From assembly GCA_964492085.1 (NCBI GenBank), contig CAZBHZ010000001.1, forward strand, positions 131,678-195,677: 64,000 nucleotides of DNA, given 5' to 3'. Of this stretch, positions 19,328 to 29,166 are shown piece by piece (the first letter of the stretch is position 1; each line of letters opens with the position of its first letter). This DNA comes from an uncultured Gemmatimonadaceae bacterium. GTDB lineage: Bacteria > Gemmatimonadota > Gemmatimonadetes > Longimicrobiales > Gaopeijiaceae. A model generated the notes under the pieces. The model worked only from the letters and a program-made list of their open reading frames with translations. It did no database searches and was not told the origin of the DNA. The translations under genes were made by a program, and so were the position numbers.

Positions 19328-19329
19328 CC

Positions 19330-20928
19330 ATGGACCTCCAGAGCTTCGTGGCCATTCCCAACGTGGCCTACCTCGGTGCAGCGGTTCTCTTCATCCTCAG
19401 CCTGGGCGGCCTCTCCAATCAGGAGACGGCACGCCGAGGCAACACGTATGGTCTCGTCGGGATGGTCATCGCGATCGCCGCGACGATCCTCCTGCTGGTC
19501 GTTCCGGATGCGTACGGGGACACCCGACAGATCGGATCGAACAACTGGACGGTGCTGATCGTCACCGCTCTGGTTGGTGGCGTCATCGGATCGATCATGG
19601 CGAAGCGCGTGGCGATGACCGCCATGCCTCAGCTCGTTGCGCTCCTGCACAGCTTCGTCGGCCTGGCTGCCGTGCTCGTGGGGATCTCGACGTGGCTCAC
19701 CGCCGATCTGGCCGGGCACGGCAGCGATCTGGTTCATCTTCTCGAGATCTGGTTCGGTGTCGCGATCGGTGCCATCACCTTCACCGGGTCCGTGGTCGCA
19801 TGGGCCAAGCTTCGAGGCTGGCTTTTCGGGAAGCGCGTGCCGGGCGCACCGCTCCTCCTGCCCGGTCGTCATGCGCTGAATGCGATCGTGACCCTCGCCT
19901 GTATCGGCATGGCTGTGCCCTATGTCGCGGACACAAACGCGCAGGCTGCGCCCGCAATCGAAGTCGGCGCTCAGCTCGAGGCGGCCGAAGATGTGCTGGC
20001 CCGTGACGGGGGCGAGGCGGCTCAGGCCGACGTGGATCGGCTGACCGCGCAGCTCGAAAGGATCAATCATCCGACGACCGACAGTCGGGCGTTCCTGTAC
20101 CTGATGATCCTGACGGGCCTGACGTGCCTGCTCGGGGTGCACCTGGTCGTTGCGATCGGTGGCGCCGATATGCCCGTCGTCGTGAGTCTGCTGAACAGCT
20201 ATTCGGGGTGGGCGGCCGCGGCTGCCGGCTTCATGCTGGCCAATGATCTTCTCCTCGTCACCGGTGCCCTGGTGGGTTCCAGCGGCGCCATCCTCTCGTA
20301 CATCATGTGCAAGGCGATGAACCGCTCGATCTGGAACGTCGTGTTCGGCGGCTTCGGGACCGACGGCGGGGCCCCCAGCGCGGGCGGCGCCGTCATCGAG
20401 GGCGAAGTCACCATCACCGACGTCGAGGAGGTGGCCGAGCTGGCCCGGAATGCGAAGTCGATCATGATCGTCCCCGGGTACGGGATGGCCGTCGCCCGAG
20501 CTCAGCACCTCGTCAACGAATTCTCGAGCATGCTGCGCAAGAAGGGGTGTAACGTCCGCTACGCGATTCACCCAGTCGCGGGGAGGCTTCCGGGCCACAT
20601 GAATGTTCTCCTGGCCGAAGCGGGTGTGCCGTACGACATCGTGCTTGAAATGGACGAGATCAACGATGACTGTCCGGACACCGACCTGGTCCTGATCATC
20701 GGGGCGAACGACGTGGTCAACCCAGGCGCGGAGACGGACGAGTCCAGCCCGATCTACGGGATGCCGGTGATCCAGGTCTGGAAGGCCGAGACCACGGTGG
20801 TCCTGAAGCGGAGTCTCGGCGCAGGGTACGCCGGTGTGGACAACCCTCTCTTCTTCGAGGAGAACAACAAGATGCTCCTGGGTGACGCGAAGGACAGCAT
20901 GAGTCAGCTGATGGCCCTGCTGACCTGA
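19330..20928 (+). CDS. pntB: NAD(P) transhydrogenase subunit beta
   Basis: Motifs [48 protein letters not shown] and [19 protein letters not shown]. The ATG at 19330 lies 3 nt after the pntA stop. Contains an extra hydrophilic segment (see findings). Confidence 0.93.
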   Translation: MDLQSFVAIPNVAYLGAAVLFILSLGGLSNQETARRGNTYGLVGMVIAIAATILLLVVPDAYGDTRQIGSNNWTVLIVTALVGGVIGSIMAKRVAMTAMPQLVALLHSFVGLAAVLVGISTWLTADLAGHGSDLVHLLEIWFGVAIGAITFTGSVVAWAKLRGWLFGKRVPGAPLLLPGRHALNAIVTLACIGMAVPYVADTNAQAAPAIEVGAQLEAAEDVLARDGGEAAQADVDRLTAQLERINHPTTDSRAFLYLMILTGLTCLLGVHLVVAIGGADMPVVVSLLNSYSGWAAAAAGFMLANDLLLVTGALVGSSGAILSYIMCKAMNRSIWNVVFGGFGTDGGAPSAGGAVIEGEVTITDVEEVAELARNAKSIMIVPGYGMAVARAQHLVNEFSSMLRKKGCNVRYAIHPVAGRLPGHMNVLLAEAGVPYDIVLEMDEINDDCPDTDLVLIIGANDVVNPGAETDESSPIYGMPVIQVWKAETTVVLKRSLGAGYAGVDNPLFFEENNKMLLGDAKDSMSQLMALLT

Positions 20929-20958
20929 GACGATCGCCCGCAGGGCATTCGCAGGGTC

Positions 20959-20980
20959 CGGCGCGGGGAAACCCCGGCCG
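20959..20980 (+). other. GC-rich stem-loop downstream of pntB (possible terminator, no T-tract)
   Basis: CGGCgCGGGG-aaa-CCCCGGCCG: 9 bp with a one-base bulge, 31 nt after the pntB stop. Confidence 0.25.
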
Positions 20981-21023
20981 CTATCGACATTCCAGCGCCC
21001 GCTGAGCATGCCGATGCTCCGGC

Positions 21024-22550
21024 ATGCTCGCTCGAATCGATACGTGTTCGCTGCTCGGGGTGGATGCCCTCCCTGTCCGCGTCGAGGTGCACCTGACGAC
21101 CGGTCTCCCGTCGTTCTCCATCGTAGGACTGGCTCAGGGCGCGGTGCGCGAGGGGCGGGAACGAGTATCCGCGGCGCTCGCGAACAGCGGGTTCGAGCTG
21201 CCCCTTCGCCGTATCACGGTGAACCTCGCGCCGGCGGATCAGCGCAAGTCGGGCAGCGGATTCGACCTCGCCATAGCGCTCGGTATCCTCACCTGCTCGG
21301 GGCAACTGGGGGCGCCGGATAAGCTGAAGGGCACCCTCGTGCTGGGTGAACTGGGATTGGATGGGCGGGTTCGCGGCGTGCCGGGCGCGTTGCCGGCCGC
21401 GGTCCTCGCTGGTGCCGCGGGCGTTCGGCGACTCGTCGTGCCTGCCGCGAATGCGGCGGAGGCTCGCATGGTGAGCGGGATCAACGTCTGGGGAGTATCG
21501 TCTCTACGAGCTCTGGTGGAGGCGCTGGCCCGAGACGAGGCTCCACGCGTTAAAGCGACCGCGCCGGAGCACGGCGCCCACGCCGCCGCTGGCCCGGATC
21601 TCGCTGACATTCGTGGCCACGCCGTGGCCCGTCGGGCCCTTGAGATCAGCGCCGCGGGCGGGCACAACCTGTTGCTCATCGGGCCCCCCGGGATTGGCAA
21701 GACGATGCTCGCGAAGAGCATGCCCTCGATCCTCCCCCGGTTGTCCGTCTCGGAGGGCCTTGAGGTCGCGCGTGTCCGCTCGGCCGTGGCGCATGCCATG
21801 CCGAGCGGATCATTGGATCGACCCTTTCGTGCCCCTCACCACACGGTCAGCTACGCGGGTCTTGTGGGCGGCGGACGGCGTCTTCGGCCCGGAGAGATCA
21901 GCCTGGCCCACCGTGGAGTGTTGTTTCTCGATGAGTTACCGGAATTCGACCGACGTGCGCTGGAGTCTCTCCGCCAGCCGCTCGAGGAGGGTGCGATCAC
22001 TCTGTCCCGGGCAGAGGGACGTGTCCGATTGCCGGCTCGCTTCGTTCTGATCGGCGCGATGAACCCATGTCCGTGCGGGTACCGGGGTGACGGGACCGAT
22101 CGGTGCCGGTGCGACGACCGGATACTCGAACGGTATCGCAGGCGAGTCTCCGGACCCTTGATCGACCGGATCGACGTCCGCGTGGAGCTGGATGTCCCCG
22201 ATCGCCTCCCGTTCGAGGGCGGGGGGGTGAACGAGTCCAGCGCACAGGTGCGAAGTCGGGTGGACGACGCGCGCGATCGACAACGCGTCCGATACGACCT
22301 CGAGAACGGGGTGGAGTGCAATGCTGAGGCACGCGGGCCAACGTTTCTGCAGGACGCGCGCCCCGATCCGGCGGGCATGCGCCTGCTCCGATCGCGGCAT
22401 GCACGCGCTCGGATGTCGGCACGCGGTGTCGACAGGGTGCTTCGGGTGAGCCGGACGATCGCCGATCTCGACGGTGATGATCGAGTTCGGGGACACCACG
22501 TGGCCGAAGCACTTCATTACCGCGCGCCGGGTCTCTTGAGGCCCGATTGA
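21024..22550 (+). CDS. comM: YifB/ComM family Mg-chelatase-like AAA+ ATPase
   Basis: N-terminal Lon-protease-like domain (GLPSFSIVGL), Walker A LLLIGPPGIGKTMLA, VLFLDELPEF, and a zinc-ribbon-like NPCPCGY..C.C segment. Confidence 0.9.
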   Translation: MLARIDTCSLLGVDALPVRVEVHLTTGLPSFSIVGLAQGAVREGRERVSAALANSGFELPLRRITVNLAPADQRKSGSGFDLAIALGILTCSGQLGAPDKLKGTLVLGELGLDGRVRGVPGALPAAVLAGAAGVRRLVVPAANAAEARMVSGINVWGVSSLRALVEALARDEAPRVKATAPEHGAHAAAGPDLADIRGHAVARRALEISAAGGHNLLLIGPPGIGKTMLAKSMPSILPRLSVSEGLEVARVRSAVAHAMPSGSLDRPFRAPHHTVSYAGLVGGGRRLRPGEISLAHRGVLFLDELPEFDRRALESLRQPLEEGAITLSRAEGRVRLPARFVLIGAMNPCPCGYRGDGTDRCRCDDRILERYRRRVSGPLIDRIDVRVELDVPDRLPFEGGGVNESSAQVRSRVDDARDRQRVRYDLENGVECNAEARGPTFLQDARPDPAGMRLLRSRHARARMSARGVDRVLRVSRTIADLDGDDRVRGHHVAEALHYRAPGLLRPD

Positions 22551-22579
22551 CTCGAGCGGGAAGCGAGCGACCTTCCCGC

Positions 22580-23557
22580 ATGACGTCCGCGCCCGCCTCC
22601 ACGACCATGGCTCCCCGGGACGATCCCCGACTGGGTGCGCTCGTGCTCGCCTTCACGGCGATCTACCTGATCTGGGGGTCGACGTACCTGGCCATTCGTT
22701 TCGCGATCGAGACGATGCCACCACTCGGTATGGCCGCGGTTCGCTTCCTGATCGCAGGCACCCTGATGTACGTGTGGTCACGAGCCCTCGGCGTCCAACC
22801 GCCGACACGAGCTCAGTGGAAGAGTGGTGCGATATCCGGCACCCTGCTGCTCGTCGGGGGCAACGGAGCCGTGGTCATCGCAGAGCAGTGGGTACCGAGT
22901 GGACTCGTAGCGCTCATCGTCGCGACCGTCCCGCTCTGGATGGTCGTTCTCGATGCGGTATTCGGGTCACGCGCGACGCCGTCCACACGATCGAGCGCGG
23001 GGCTCCTGGCCGGCTTTCTCGGCGTCGGGCTGCTCGCGGGCTCACCCGGGGTCGGTGCAGGGGGTCCGCTCGAGCTGTTCGGGGCGACCCTGGTGCTTGG
23101 CGGCAGCCTGTGCTGGGCGATCGGCTCCCTGGTTTCCCGATATGCCACGGATCCGCCGCGCCCGCGCATGCTCGTCGCGACGCAGATGCTCTCGGGCGGG
23201 TTCGTCTTCGCAGTGCTCTCGCTCGGCTTCGGAGAACTCGACGGTTTCTCGATCGCGCAGGTCTCGGCGAGGTCGTGGGGCGCCTTCGTGTACCTGATCA
23301 TCGCGGGGGCGCTGATCGGGTATGCGGCCTACATCTGGCTGCTCACGGTCGTGCCACCCTCACGGGTCGGAACCTACGCCTATGTGAACCCGGTTGTTGC
23401 CATGTTGCTGGGGTGGGGCTTCGCCGATGAGCCGTTGACCTTCCGCTCGATGCTTGCGGCGGCCATCATCCTCGCGTCAGTCGTCGTCATCACCACAGAC
23501 GCCCGACCGACCGCACCTCGTGGCGAGGGCAAGACCAGGGAGACGCTGGCGACATGA
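22580..23557 (+). CDS. EamA/DMT family transporter
   Basis: Ten hydrophobic helices in two EamA repeats (IWGSTYLAIRFAIE.., YAYVNPVVAMLLGW). Start is uncertain: TTG 22547 (4-nt overlap with comM), ATG 22580 or ATG 22607. Confidence 0.8.
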   Translation: MTSAPASTTMAPRDDPRLGALVLAFTAIYLIWGSTYLAIRFAIETMPPLGMAAVRFLIAGTLMYVWSRALGVQPPTRAQWKSGAISGTLLLVGGNGAVVIAEQWVPSGLVALIVATVPLWMVVLDAVFGSRATPSTRSSAGLLAGFLGVGLLAGSPGVGAGGPLELFGATLVLGGSLCWAIGSLVSRYATDPPRPRMLVATQMLSGGFVFAVLSLGFGELDGFSIAQVSARSWGAFVYLIIAGALIGYAAYIWLLTVVPPSRVGTYAYVNPVVAMLLGWGFADEPLTFRSMLAAAIILASVVVITTDARPTAPRGEGKTRETLAT

Positions 23558-24525
23558 TCATGAGGCAGGCGGCAGTTCCGGAGTCGACCGGGCTCATCCC
23601 CGGGGTCGATGCGGTCACGGAGACGAACATCGTCCTGTCGGTGCTGGTCGTCCTGTTGATCTTCTTCATCCGCCGTGCGGTGCTGGCGGTGGTCCACGGG
23701 CGGACCGACGACTCGGAGCTCCGGTACCGATGGGCGAAGGTGTCGGCGACCGTGAGCTTCGTGATCGCCGCACTTCTGCTGGTGCAGATCTGGTTCACGG
23801 CGATCCGTTCGATCGGGACGTTCCTCGGGCTGCTCTCGGCGGGTCTCGCGATTGCGCTCAAGGACATCGTCACCGATCTGGCAGGATGGATCTTCATCAT
23901 GTGGCGGCGCCCATTCGATCTGGGAGATCGGATCCAGATCGGACCGCATGCCGGCGACGTCGTCGACCGAAGCCTCTTTCAGTTCACGATCATGGAGATC
24001 GGTAACTGGGTCAGTGCGGATCAAAGCACGGGCCGGCTGATCCACATCCCGAATGCAAAAGTGTTCACGGAGCCTCTCGCCAACTACGTCGCAGGTTTTC
24101 CGTATCTGTGGAACGAGTTGACGGTACAGGTGACCTTCGAGAGCAACTGGCGCCGGGCGAAGACGCTCCTCGAGGAACTCGCCAAGGACCACACGGTCGA
24201 CCTGAGCAAGCAAGCGCATCGCGGCACGACTCGAGATGAGCAGCGTTTCCTGATTCGGTACCGTAAACTCACGCCTGTGGTCTACGTGGCGGTTGCGGAC
24301 AGCGGAGTTGAACTCACGCTGCGGTACCTGTGCCGTCCCCGCGAGCGGCGTGGGTCCGGCAGCACACTGTGGGAACGGGTCCTCGACGTCTTCGATCAGC
24401 ATCCTGACGTGACGTTGGCATACCCGACGCAGCGGGTGAATCTGGCCCGTGAGGTCATCTCCGAATTCGCCGAGCCGGCTCGGGCCACTGAGGAAGACGG
24501 GAACCCGGCAGGGTCCGGATCGTAG
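23554..24525 (+). CDS. Mechanosensitive ion channel (MscS family)
   Basis: TM helices followed by RPFDLGDRIQIG..GDVVD..L..T.. (MscS beta-domain signature). ATGA overlap with the eamA-like stop. Confidence 0.85.
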   Translation: MIMRQAAVPESTGLIPGVDAVTETNIVLSVLVVLLIFFIRRAVLAVVHGRTDDSELRYRWAKVSATVSFVIAALLLVQIWFTAIRSIGTFLGLLSAGLAIALKDIVTDLAGWIFIMWRRPFDLGDRIQIGPHAGDVVDRSLFQFTIMEIGNWVSADQSTGRLIHIPNAKVFTEPLANYVAGFPYLWNELTVQVTFESNWRRAKTLLEELAKDHTVDLSKQAHRGTTRDEQRFLIRYRKLTPVVYVAVADSGVELTLRYLCRPRERRGSGSTLWERVLDVFDQHPDVTLAYPTQRVNLAREVISEFAEPARATEEDGNPAGSGS

Positions 24526-24649
24526 TGGGAGGCTTCGGGCGAAGTGCTCACGTTCCTCGCCCCGCACGGAGTCAAATCGTACACTTACGTGCAGGAACCA
24601 CGTCCAAACCCGGAGTTGTCCGGGGCGGCGCCCCCCAGAGCGAGCGGCG

Positions 24650-25213
24650 ATGCGGCTTTTCGTAGGCATCAACTTCCCCAAGAGACAGCGGGCGAAGGTG
24701 CACCGGGCGGCGCGTGCTTTACGGGATCGGGAGTTGCCCGTTCGATGGATCGAGCCGGATAACTTCCACGTAACGCTGAAGTTTCTGGGCGAGGTTCGCC
24801 GCGAGCAGGTCGACGTCGTGACCGCCGCGATCGAGCGAGCGGCGGCGTCCACTCGTCCATTCGAGACCGAGATCGGAGGCTTCGGGGCCTTCCCGACCGT
24901 GCGCCGGCCGAACGTGATCTGGCTCGGAGTAGAGGCGTGCCCGGAGCTGAGGTGCCTGAAGCAGGACCTCGAATGGGCGCTGGGTGATGCGGGCTTTCCC
25001 GCCGAGTCACGCTCGTTTCACCCGCACGTGACGCTGGGACGGGCGCAGGATGCCGGTGGGGCCGGGGCGTTTCGCGAGTTGGACGAAATGTTCGCGTCGC
25101 TGCAGTTCGAGGACGAACTGAAAGTGCATTCCATCGATCTGATGCGGAGTCACCTGTCACGCGACGGGGCTCGCTACAGTGTCGTCTCCTCCGTTCGGCT
25201 CGGCGCGGCATGA
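24650..25213 (+). CDS. thpR: RNA 2',3'-cyclic phosphodiesterase (2H phosphoesterase ThpR/LigT)
   Basis: MRLFVGI N-terminus and two HxT/S motifs (FHVTLKFLG and HPHVTLGR). The upstream part of the listed ORF (24449) is an atypical extension. Confidence 0.88.
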   Translation: MRLFVGINFPKRQRAKVHRAARALRDRELPVRWIEPDNFHVTLKFLGEVRREQVDVVTAAIERAAASTRPFETEIGGFGAFPTVRRPNVIWLGVEACPELRCLKQDLEWALGDAGFPAESRSFHPHVTLGRAQDAGGAGAFRELDEMFASLQFEDELKVHSIDLMRSHLSRDGARYSVVSSVRLGAA

Positions 25214-25905
25214 CGACGCGACGAGGCATCGGCATTGCGGCCGGAGGGCTGCTGGTTCTGGCCCTGTCCGTTGCACGGGTCGAACCGAACTCGCCATCGT
25301 CCCGAGTCGTCGCCGCGCAGGACGACGGAGCGGTTTCCGCGACGGACGCGCGTGCCTTGGGCATCGTGGCGAGAGACGTGCTGGCGGCGCGCACAGTCGA
25401 CCGGCTGCTGCTCTTCCGGACCGGGAACGGTAGCTCGTCGATGTCGCTCGGGTCGGATGAGGTGACCGCGCTTCTGAACGAGAGTCTTCCCGGGCTCGTG
25501 CCGACGGGTGTCACGAACACGTCGGTCGACATCCGGGGCGGAGGGGTCGTGCTGCGCGCCGATATGGTCACGGCGGCGTGGTCGGGTGCGCATCGTCTGC
25601 GTTCGTTTCGCGCCGCTCTTCCCGACACCGTCTCCGCCGAACTCGACGGAAGGGTCGTCCGAGTTGGACGGAGGCTGGTTCTCGAGGTCAGCTCCGCCCG
25701 TGCCCAGGGTATCCCACTTCCGGGAACCGTCGTTGACGCGCTCGTTCGTGAGCTTCCCACGAGCTTCGAGGGCACGAACGGCCCGGCGCTCCGGGTCTCT
25801 CTTCCCGACGGAATCGCCGATGTCCGGATCGTGGACGACCATCTCGTTCTCTATGCGGCTGAACCAAATCTGGGGCGCGCTGTAGATGGTGGAGCCGATG
25901 GCTGA
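25210..25905 (+). CDS. Membrane-anchored hypothetical protein
   Basis: N-terminal anchor MTTRRGIGIAAGGLLVLALSV. I recognise no family. ATGA overlap with the thpR stop, and it ends 30 nt before the response regulator gene. Confidence 0.55.
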   Translation: MTTRRGIGIAAGGLLVLALSVARVEPNSPSSRVVAAQDDGAVSATDARALGIVARDVLAARTVDRLLLFRTGNGSSSMSLGSDEVTALLNESLPGLVPTGVTNTSVDIRGGGVVLRADMVTAAWSGAHRLRSFRAALPDTVSAELDGRVVRVGRRLVLEVSSARAQGIPLPGTVVDALVRELPTSFEGTNGPALRVSLPDGIADVRIVDDHLVLYAAEPNLGRAVDGGADG

Positions 25906-25935
25906 CCGTCCTGCCACCCACGCATACGGATTTCG

Positions 25936-27297
25936 ATGGCCCGACTGCTCGTAGTCGACGACGAACGCGGTATCCGCACCGCACTCCTGCAGGTCTTCGA
26001 ATACGAGGGGCACGAGGTTCGCGCTGCGGAAGACGGCCACGAGGGTCTCCGGATGGCCGGCGAGTTCAATCCCGACGTCATCTTCCTGGACGTGAAGATG
26101 CCCGGAATGGATGGACTCGACGTTCTCGCCGAGTTGCGGGAGAACGACCCGAGCGCGCTCGTCATCATGATTTCTGGTCACGGGACGATCGACACCGCGG
26201 TCGAAGCGACGCGAACCGGGGCCTATGACTTCCTCGAGAAGCCGCTCGACACCGACCGCCTGCTGGTCACACTGCGCCGTGCACTCGAGCTGCGGGGCCT
26301 CACGCAGTCGATGGCCGACCTGCGCAGTCAGATTGAGAGCCGTTACGAGATCGTTGGGACGTCGTACCCGATTCGTCAGGTGCTTGAACGCATCGAGCGG
26401 GTGGGCCCGACCGATGCTCGGGTCTTGATCACGGGAGAGAACGGCACGGGCAAGGAGCTGGTTGCACGGGCCATCCATCGCCTTTCACCGCGATCGGACC
26501 GGCCGTTCGTGGAGGTGAACTGTGCCGCCATCCCGTCGGAGCTGATCGAGTCCGCGCTCTTCGGTCACATCAAGGGCTCCTTCACCGGAGCCGTCGCAGA
26601 CCACGCGGGCAAGTTCGAGCAGGCGGACGGAGGCACGCTGTTTCTCGATGAGATCGGCGACATGTCCCCGGACGCTCAGGCGAAGGTACTGCGGGCCCTC
26701 GAGCAGGGGGTGGTCACGCGGGTGGGCGGCAGCAAGGCCATCGATGTCGACGTGCGCGTCGTCGCCGCGACCAACAAGGACCTCGCGCGCGAAATCGACG
26801 AAGGCACGTTCCGCGAGGATCTCTTCTATCGCCTCAACGTCGTTCCGATCCACACTCCGCCCCTCCGGGAACGACGCGACGACATTCCGATGCTCGTCCA
26901 GCATTTCTCGGATCTCATGACGCAGCGGGATGGCATGTCGCCGCGCTCCTTCGAGACGGTGGCGATCGAACGGCTCCAGGCGCTGTCGTGGCCGGGGAAT
27001 GTCCGTGAGTTGCGGAATACGGTCGAGCGGCTCCTGATCCTGGCGTCTGGAGAATCCGTTCGTCCGGAGGACGTGGAGATGCTCGCCAGTAGTCGATCCG
27101 CGGGGTCGGGACTCGGAGGTGACCTGCTCTCCAGCGAGAGCTTTTCGGATTTCAAGGATGGGGCCGAGCGAGCCTTTATCCAGCAGAAGCTGCGAGAGAA
27201 CGATTGGAACGTGGCCGAGACCGCTCGGCGTATCGACATGCCACGATCGAACCTGTACAAGAAGATCGAGAAGTACGGGCTGATTCGGGACGGCTGA
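25936..27297 (+). CDS. Sigma-54-dependent two-component response regulator (NtrC/NtrX family)
   Basis: Receiver domain (LLVVDDE.., [14 protein letters not shown]), AAA+ domain with Walker A GENGTGKE, the GAFTGA-like loop GSFTGA and ESALFGH, and a C-terminal Fis-type HTH ([22 protein letters not shown]). Confidence 0.9.
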   Translation: MARLLVVDDERGIRTALLQVFEYEGHEVRAAEDGHEGLRMAGEFNPDVIFLDVKMPGMDGLDVLAELRENDPSALVIMISGHGTIDTAVEATRTGAYDFLEKPLDTDRLLVTLRRALELRGLTQSMADLRSQIESRYEIVGTSYPIRQVLERIERVGPTDARVLITGENGTGKELVARAIHRLSPRSDRPFVEVNCAAIPSELIESALFGHIKGSFTGAVADHAGKFEQADGGTLFLDEIGDMSPDAQAKVLRALEQGVVTRVGGSKAIDVDVRVVAATNKDLAREIDEGTFREDLFYRLNVVPIHTPPLRERRDDIPMLVQHFSDLMTQRDGMSPRSFETVAIERLQALSWPGNVRELRNTVERLLILASGESVRPEDVEMLASSRSAGSGLGGDLLSSESFSDFKDGAERAFIQQKLRENDWNVAETARRIDMPRSNLYKKIEKYGLIRDG

Positions 27298-27312
27298 TCC
27301 GAGGGGGACCGG

Positions 27313-28083
27313 TCAGCGCCGAATGACCGTCCCGTCCGGTGTCTGGTAGAGGACTTCCATAGAGCGCCGGTCGCGCGCACTCACCGAGGTTGCGGTGTTC
27401 GTCGGGTACATGACGTCACGTTCGGAGTCGCTGTGCCCGAGGCCGAGCGCATGGCCCATCTCGTGCGCGGCGGTAAGACGGATCCGGCCCGGATCAGCCC
27501 ACGCACCGTCTCCGTAGACCGCACGCGTCGCGAGCTCCAGGTGCTCGACCTCGAGGCCCCCGGCATCGCTCCAGCGGGTGCGTGCCAGACCGATCTGCGT
27601 GCCTCCCAGACGGGAAGTCCAACGGATGGCGAAGTTCGGATCACGATCGCCGCGAAGGTCAGCCAGGACGGGGAACGGCTGGTTGTTCCACGCGCGCACT
27701 CCCTGGGCTGCCGCACGCTGAAGGTTTCGCGCGATCGTGGGGTCGTCGATGTCGGGCAGTGGTACGTGCACGACCATGGTCCCATCGAAGTCACGCCACC
27801 GCCGGAGCACAATCTCGTCGCGCTGTCCGAGGCGCGTGCTTGACGCGTCGAGCTCCGCGCAGAGGTATCCGACGTTTCGGCAGAAGTCGGCGGCCCTCAG
27901 CGGAGCCGGCGAGGTCTCCTGCTGCCCGTCCTCCCGTTCCAGACAGTCCACCGCCGTCGGTGCGCATCGAGAGGGGGCGGAGCCGGCATCGGGCCTGCCT
28001 CGGGTCGCGACGACCCCGCCCGCAATCAGCGCGAGGATGACGAGGGACGTTGTGGTGGATTTCAGCGTCAGTCGCACGGGCAC
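27313..28083 (-). CDS. Matrixin-type (M10) zinc metalloprotease, membrane-anchored or secreted
   Basis: HEMGHALGLGHSD zinc site (27427-27465) and Met-turn DVMYP. N-terminal hydrophobic anchor TSLVILALIAGGVVA. GTG start. Confidence 0.8.
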   Translation of the reverse strand: MPVRLTLKSTTTSLVILALIAGGVVATRGRPDAGSAPSRCAPTAVDCLEREDGQQETSPAPLRAADFCRNVGYLCAELDASSTRLGQRDEIVLRRWRDFDGTMVVHVPLPDIDDPTIARNLQRAAAQGVRAWNNQPFPVLADLRGDRDPNFAIRWTSRLGGTQIGLARTRWSDAGGLEVEHLELATRAVYGDGAWADPGRIRLTAAHEMGHALGLGHSDSERDVMYPTNTATSVSARDRRSMEVLYQTPDGTVIRR

Positions 28084-28271
28084 GTGCGGTCTCCGTCAGG
28101 GCCGGGGATCCTCACGAGGCAAGCTAATGGTCCGGCGTCGGAGCTAGAAACGATCAGGCCAGGAACGCGGCGTGGGAGGGCGTGTAGTTGACGCGTGGCC
28201 CGGGGCGAGGGCAGGCTGTTTGAGGTCGTCGGGCCTGCACCCGGGGCAGACAAGCGAGAAGCGAGGGGCGC

Positions 28272-29024
28272 GTGCGAGGAACCGATGACCGGGAAGGTGC
28301 CGTGACGGAGTTGCTCCGGACCGAGCGACGGTCCCGGGGGCAACGCCTCAGGCAGAGCGCTGCAGAGTGGCTCAAGTCGCTCACGATCGCCTTCGTCCTC
28401 TTCCTGGTGATTCGGGCGTCGGTCGTCGAGGCGTTCAAGATCCCCACGTCGTCGATGGAGGGGACGCTGCTGGTGGGAGACTTTCTCCTCGTCAACAAGG
28501 CCGTCTACGGGCCACGCCTTCCGGGCACCGATATCCTCCTGCCCGGATTCGCCGAGCCCAAACGTGGGGACGTCGTCGTCTTCCACCCACCGCACGAGCC
28601 GGAAAAGAACTACGTAAAGCGAGTCGTGGGCGTGGCGAGCGACACGCTCGAGATGAGGGACAAGCGCCTTTACCTGAACGGCGCACCGGTTCATGAGCCG
28701 TACGTTCGTCACGTCGATGGACGAGGGGATGCCGTCCACCCGGACATGGAATGGCAATCGCACCACCTGATCGCGTCCGAGCCGCGCCGGTACCATCCGA
28801 CCCGCGACAACTGGGGGCCGATCGTCGTGCCTCAGGGGCGGTTCTTCGTCCTCGGTGACAACCGTGACAACAGCGAGGACTCGCGGTACTGGGGATTCGT
28901 GTCTCGAGACGAGATCCGGGGACGCCCCGCCGTCGTGTACTATTCCTTCGAGCCAACCGCGCAGGAATCACTGCCATGGCTCTCCACCGTCCGGTGGGCG
29001 CGGATCGGGACGGTCATCCGCTGA
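28272..29024 (+). CDS. lepB: Signal peptidase I
   Basis: Catalytic Ser box IPTSSMEGTLLVGDFLLV, Lys box YVKRVVG, and GDNRDNSEDSRYWGFV. Start is GTG 28272 or GTG 28302. Confidence 0.9.
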   Translation: MRGTDDREGAVTELLRTERRSRGQRLRQSAAEWLKSLTIAFVLFLVIRASVVEAFKIPTSSMEGTLLVGDFLLVNKAVYGPRLPGTDILLPGFAEPKRGDVVVFHPPHEPEKNYVKRVVGVASDTLEMRDKRLYLNGAPVHEPYVRHVDGRGDAVHPDMEWQSHHLIASEPRRYHPTRDNWGPIVVPQGRFFVLGDNRDNSEDSRYWGFVSRDEIRGRPAVVYYSFEPTAQESLPWLSTVRWARIGTVIR

Positions 29025-29166
29025 GTCGGGTGGCAGATTCGATCGAGGCGGCCGCAAGCACCGGTGGGCCATTGCGCGATCCCCGGATCCTTGAGATCCT
29101 ACGCAGGGCTTCGGTTTTTCCGTCGCCTCGCACGGTCAGCCTTGATCTCACCGCCCGCGCGCTCAG

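Noticed and set aside
21024-22550. comM as a possible genomic-island integration site, as seen in some proteobacteria.
   Set aside because: The gene is intact and full-length, with the Lon-like domain, AAA+ core and C-terminus all present. No integrase, repeat or compositional break is nearby.
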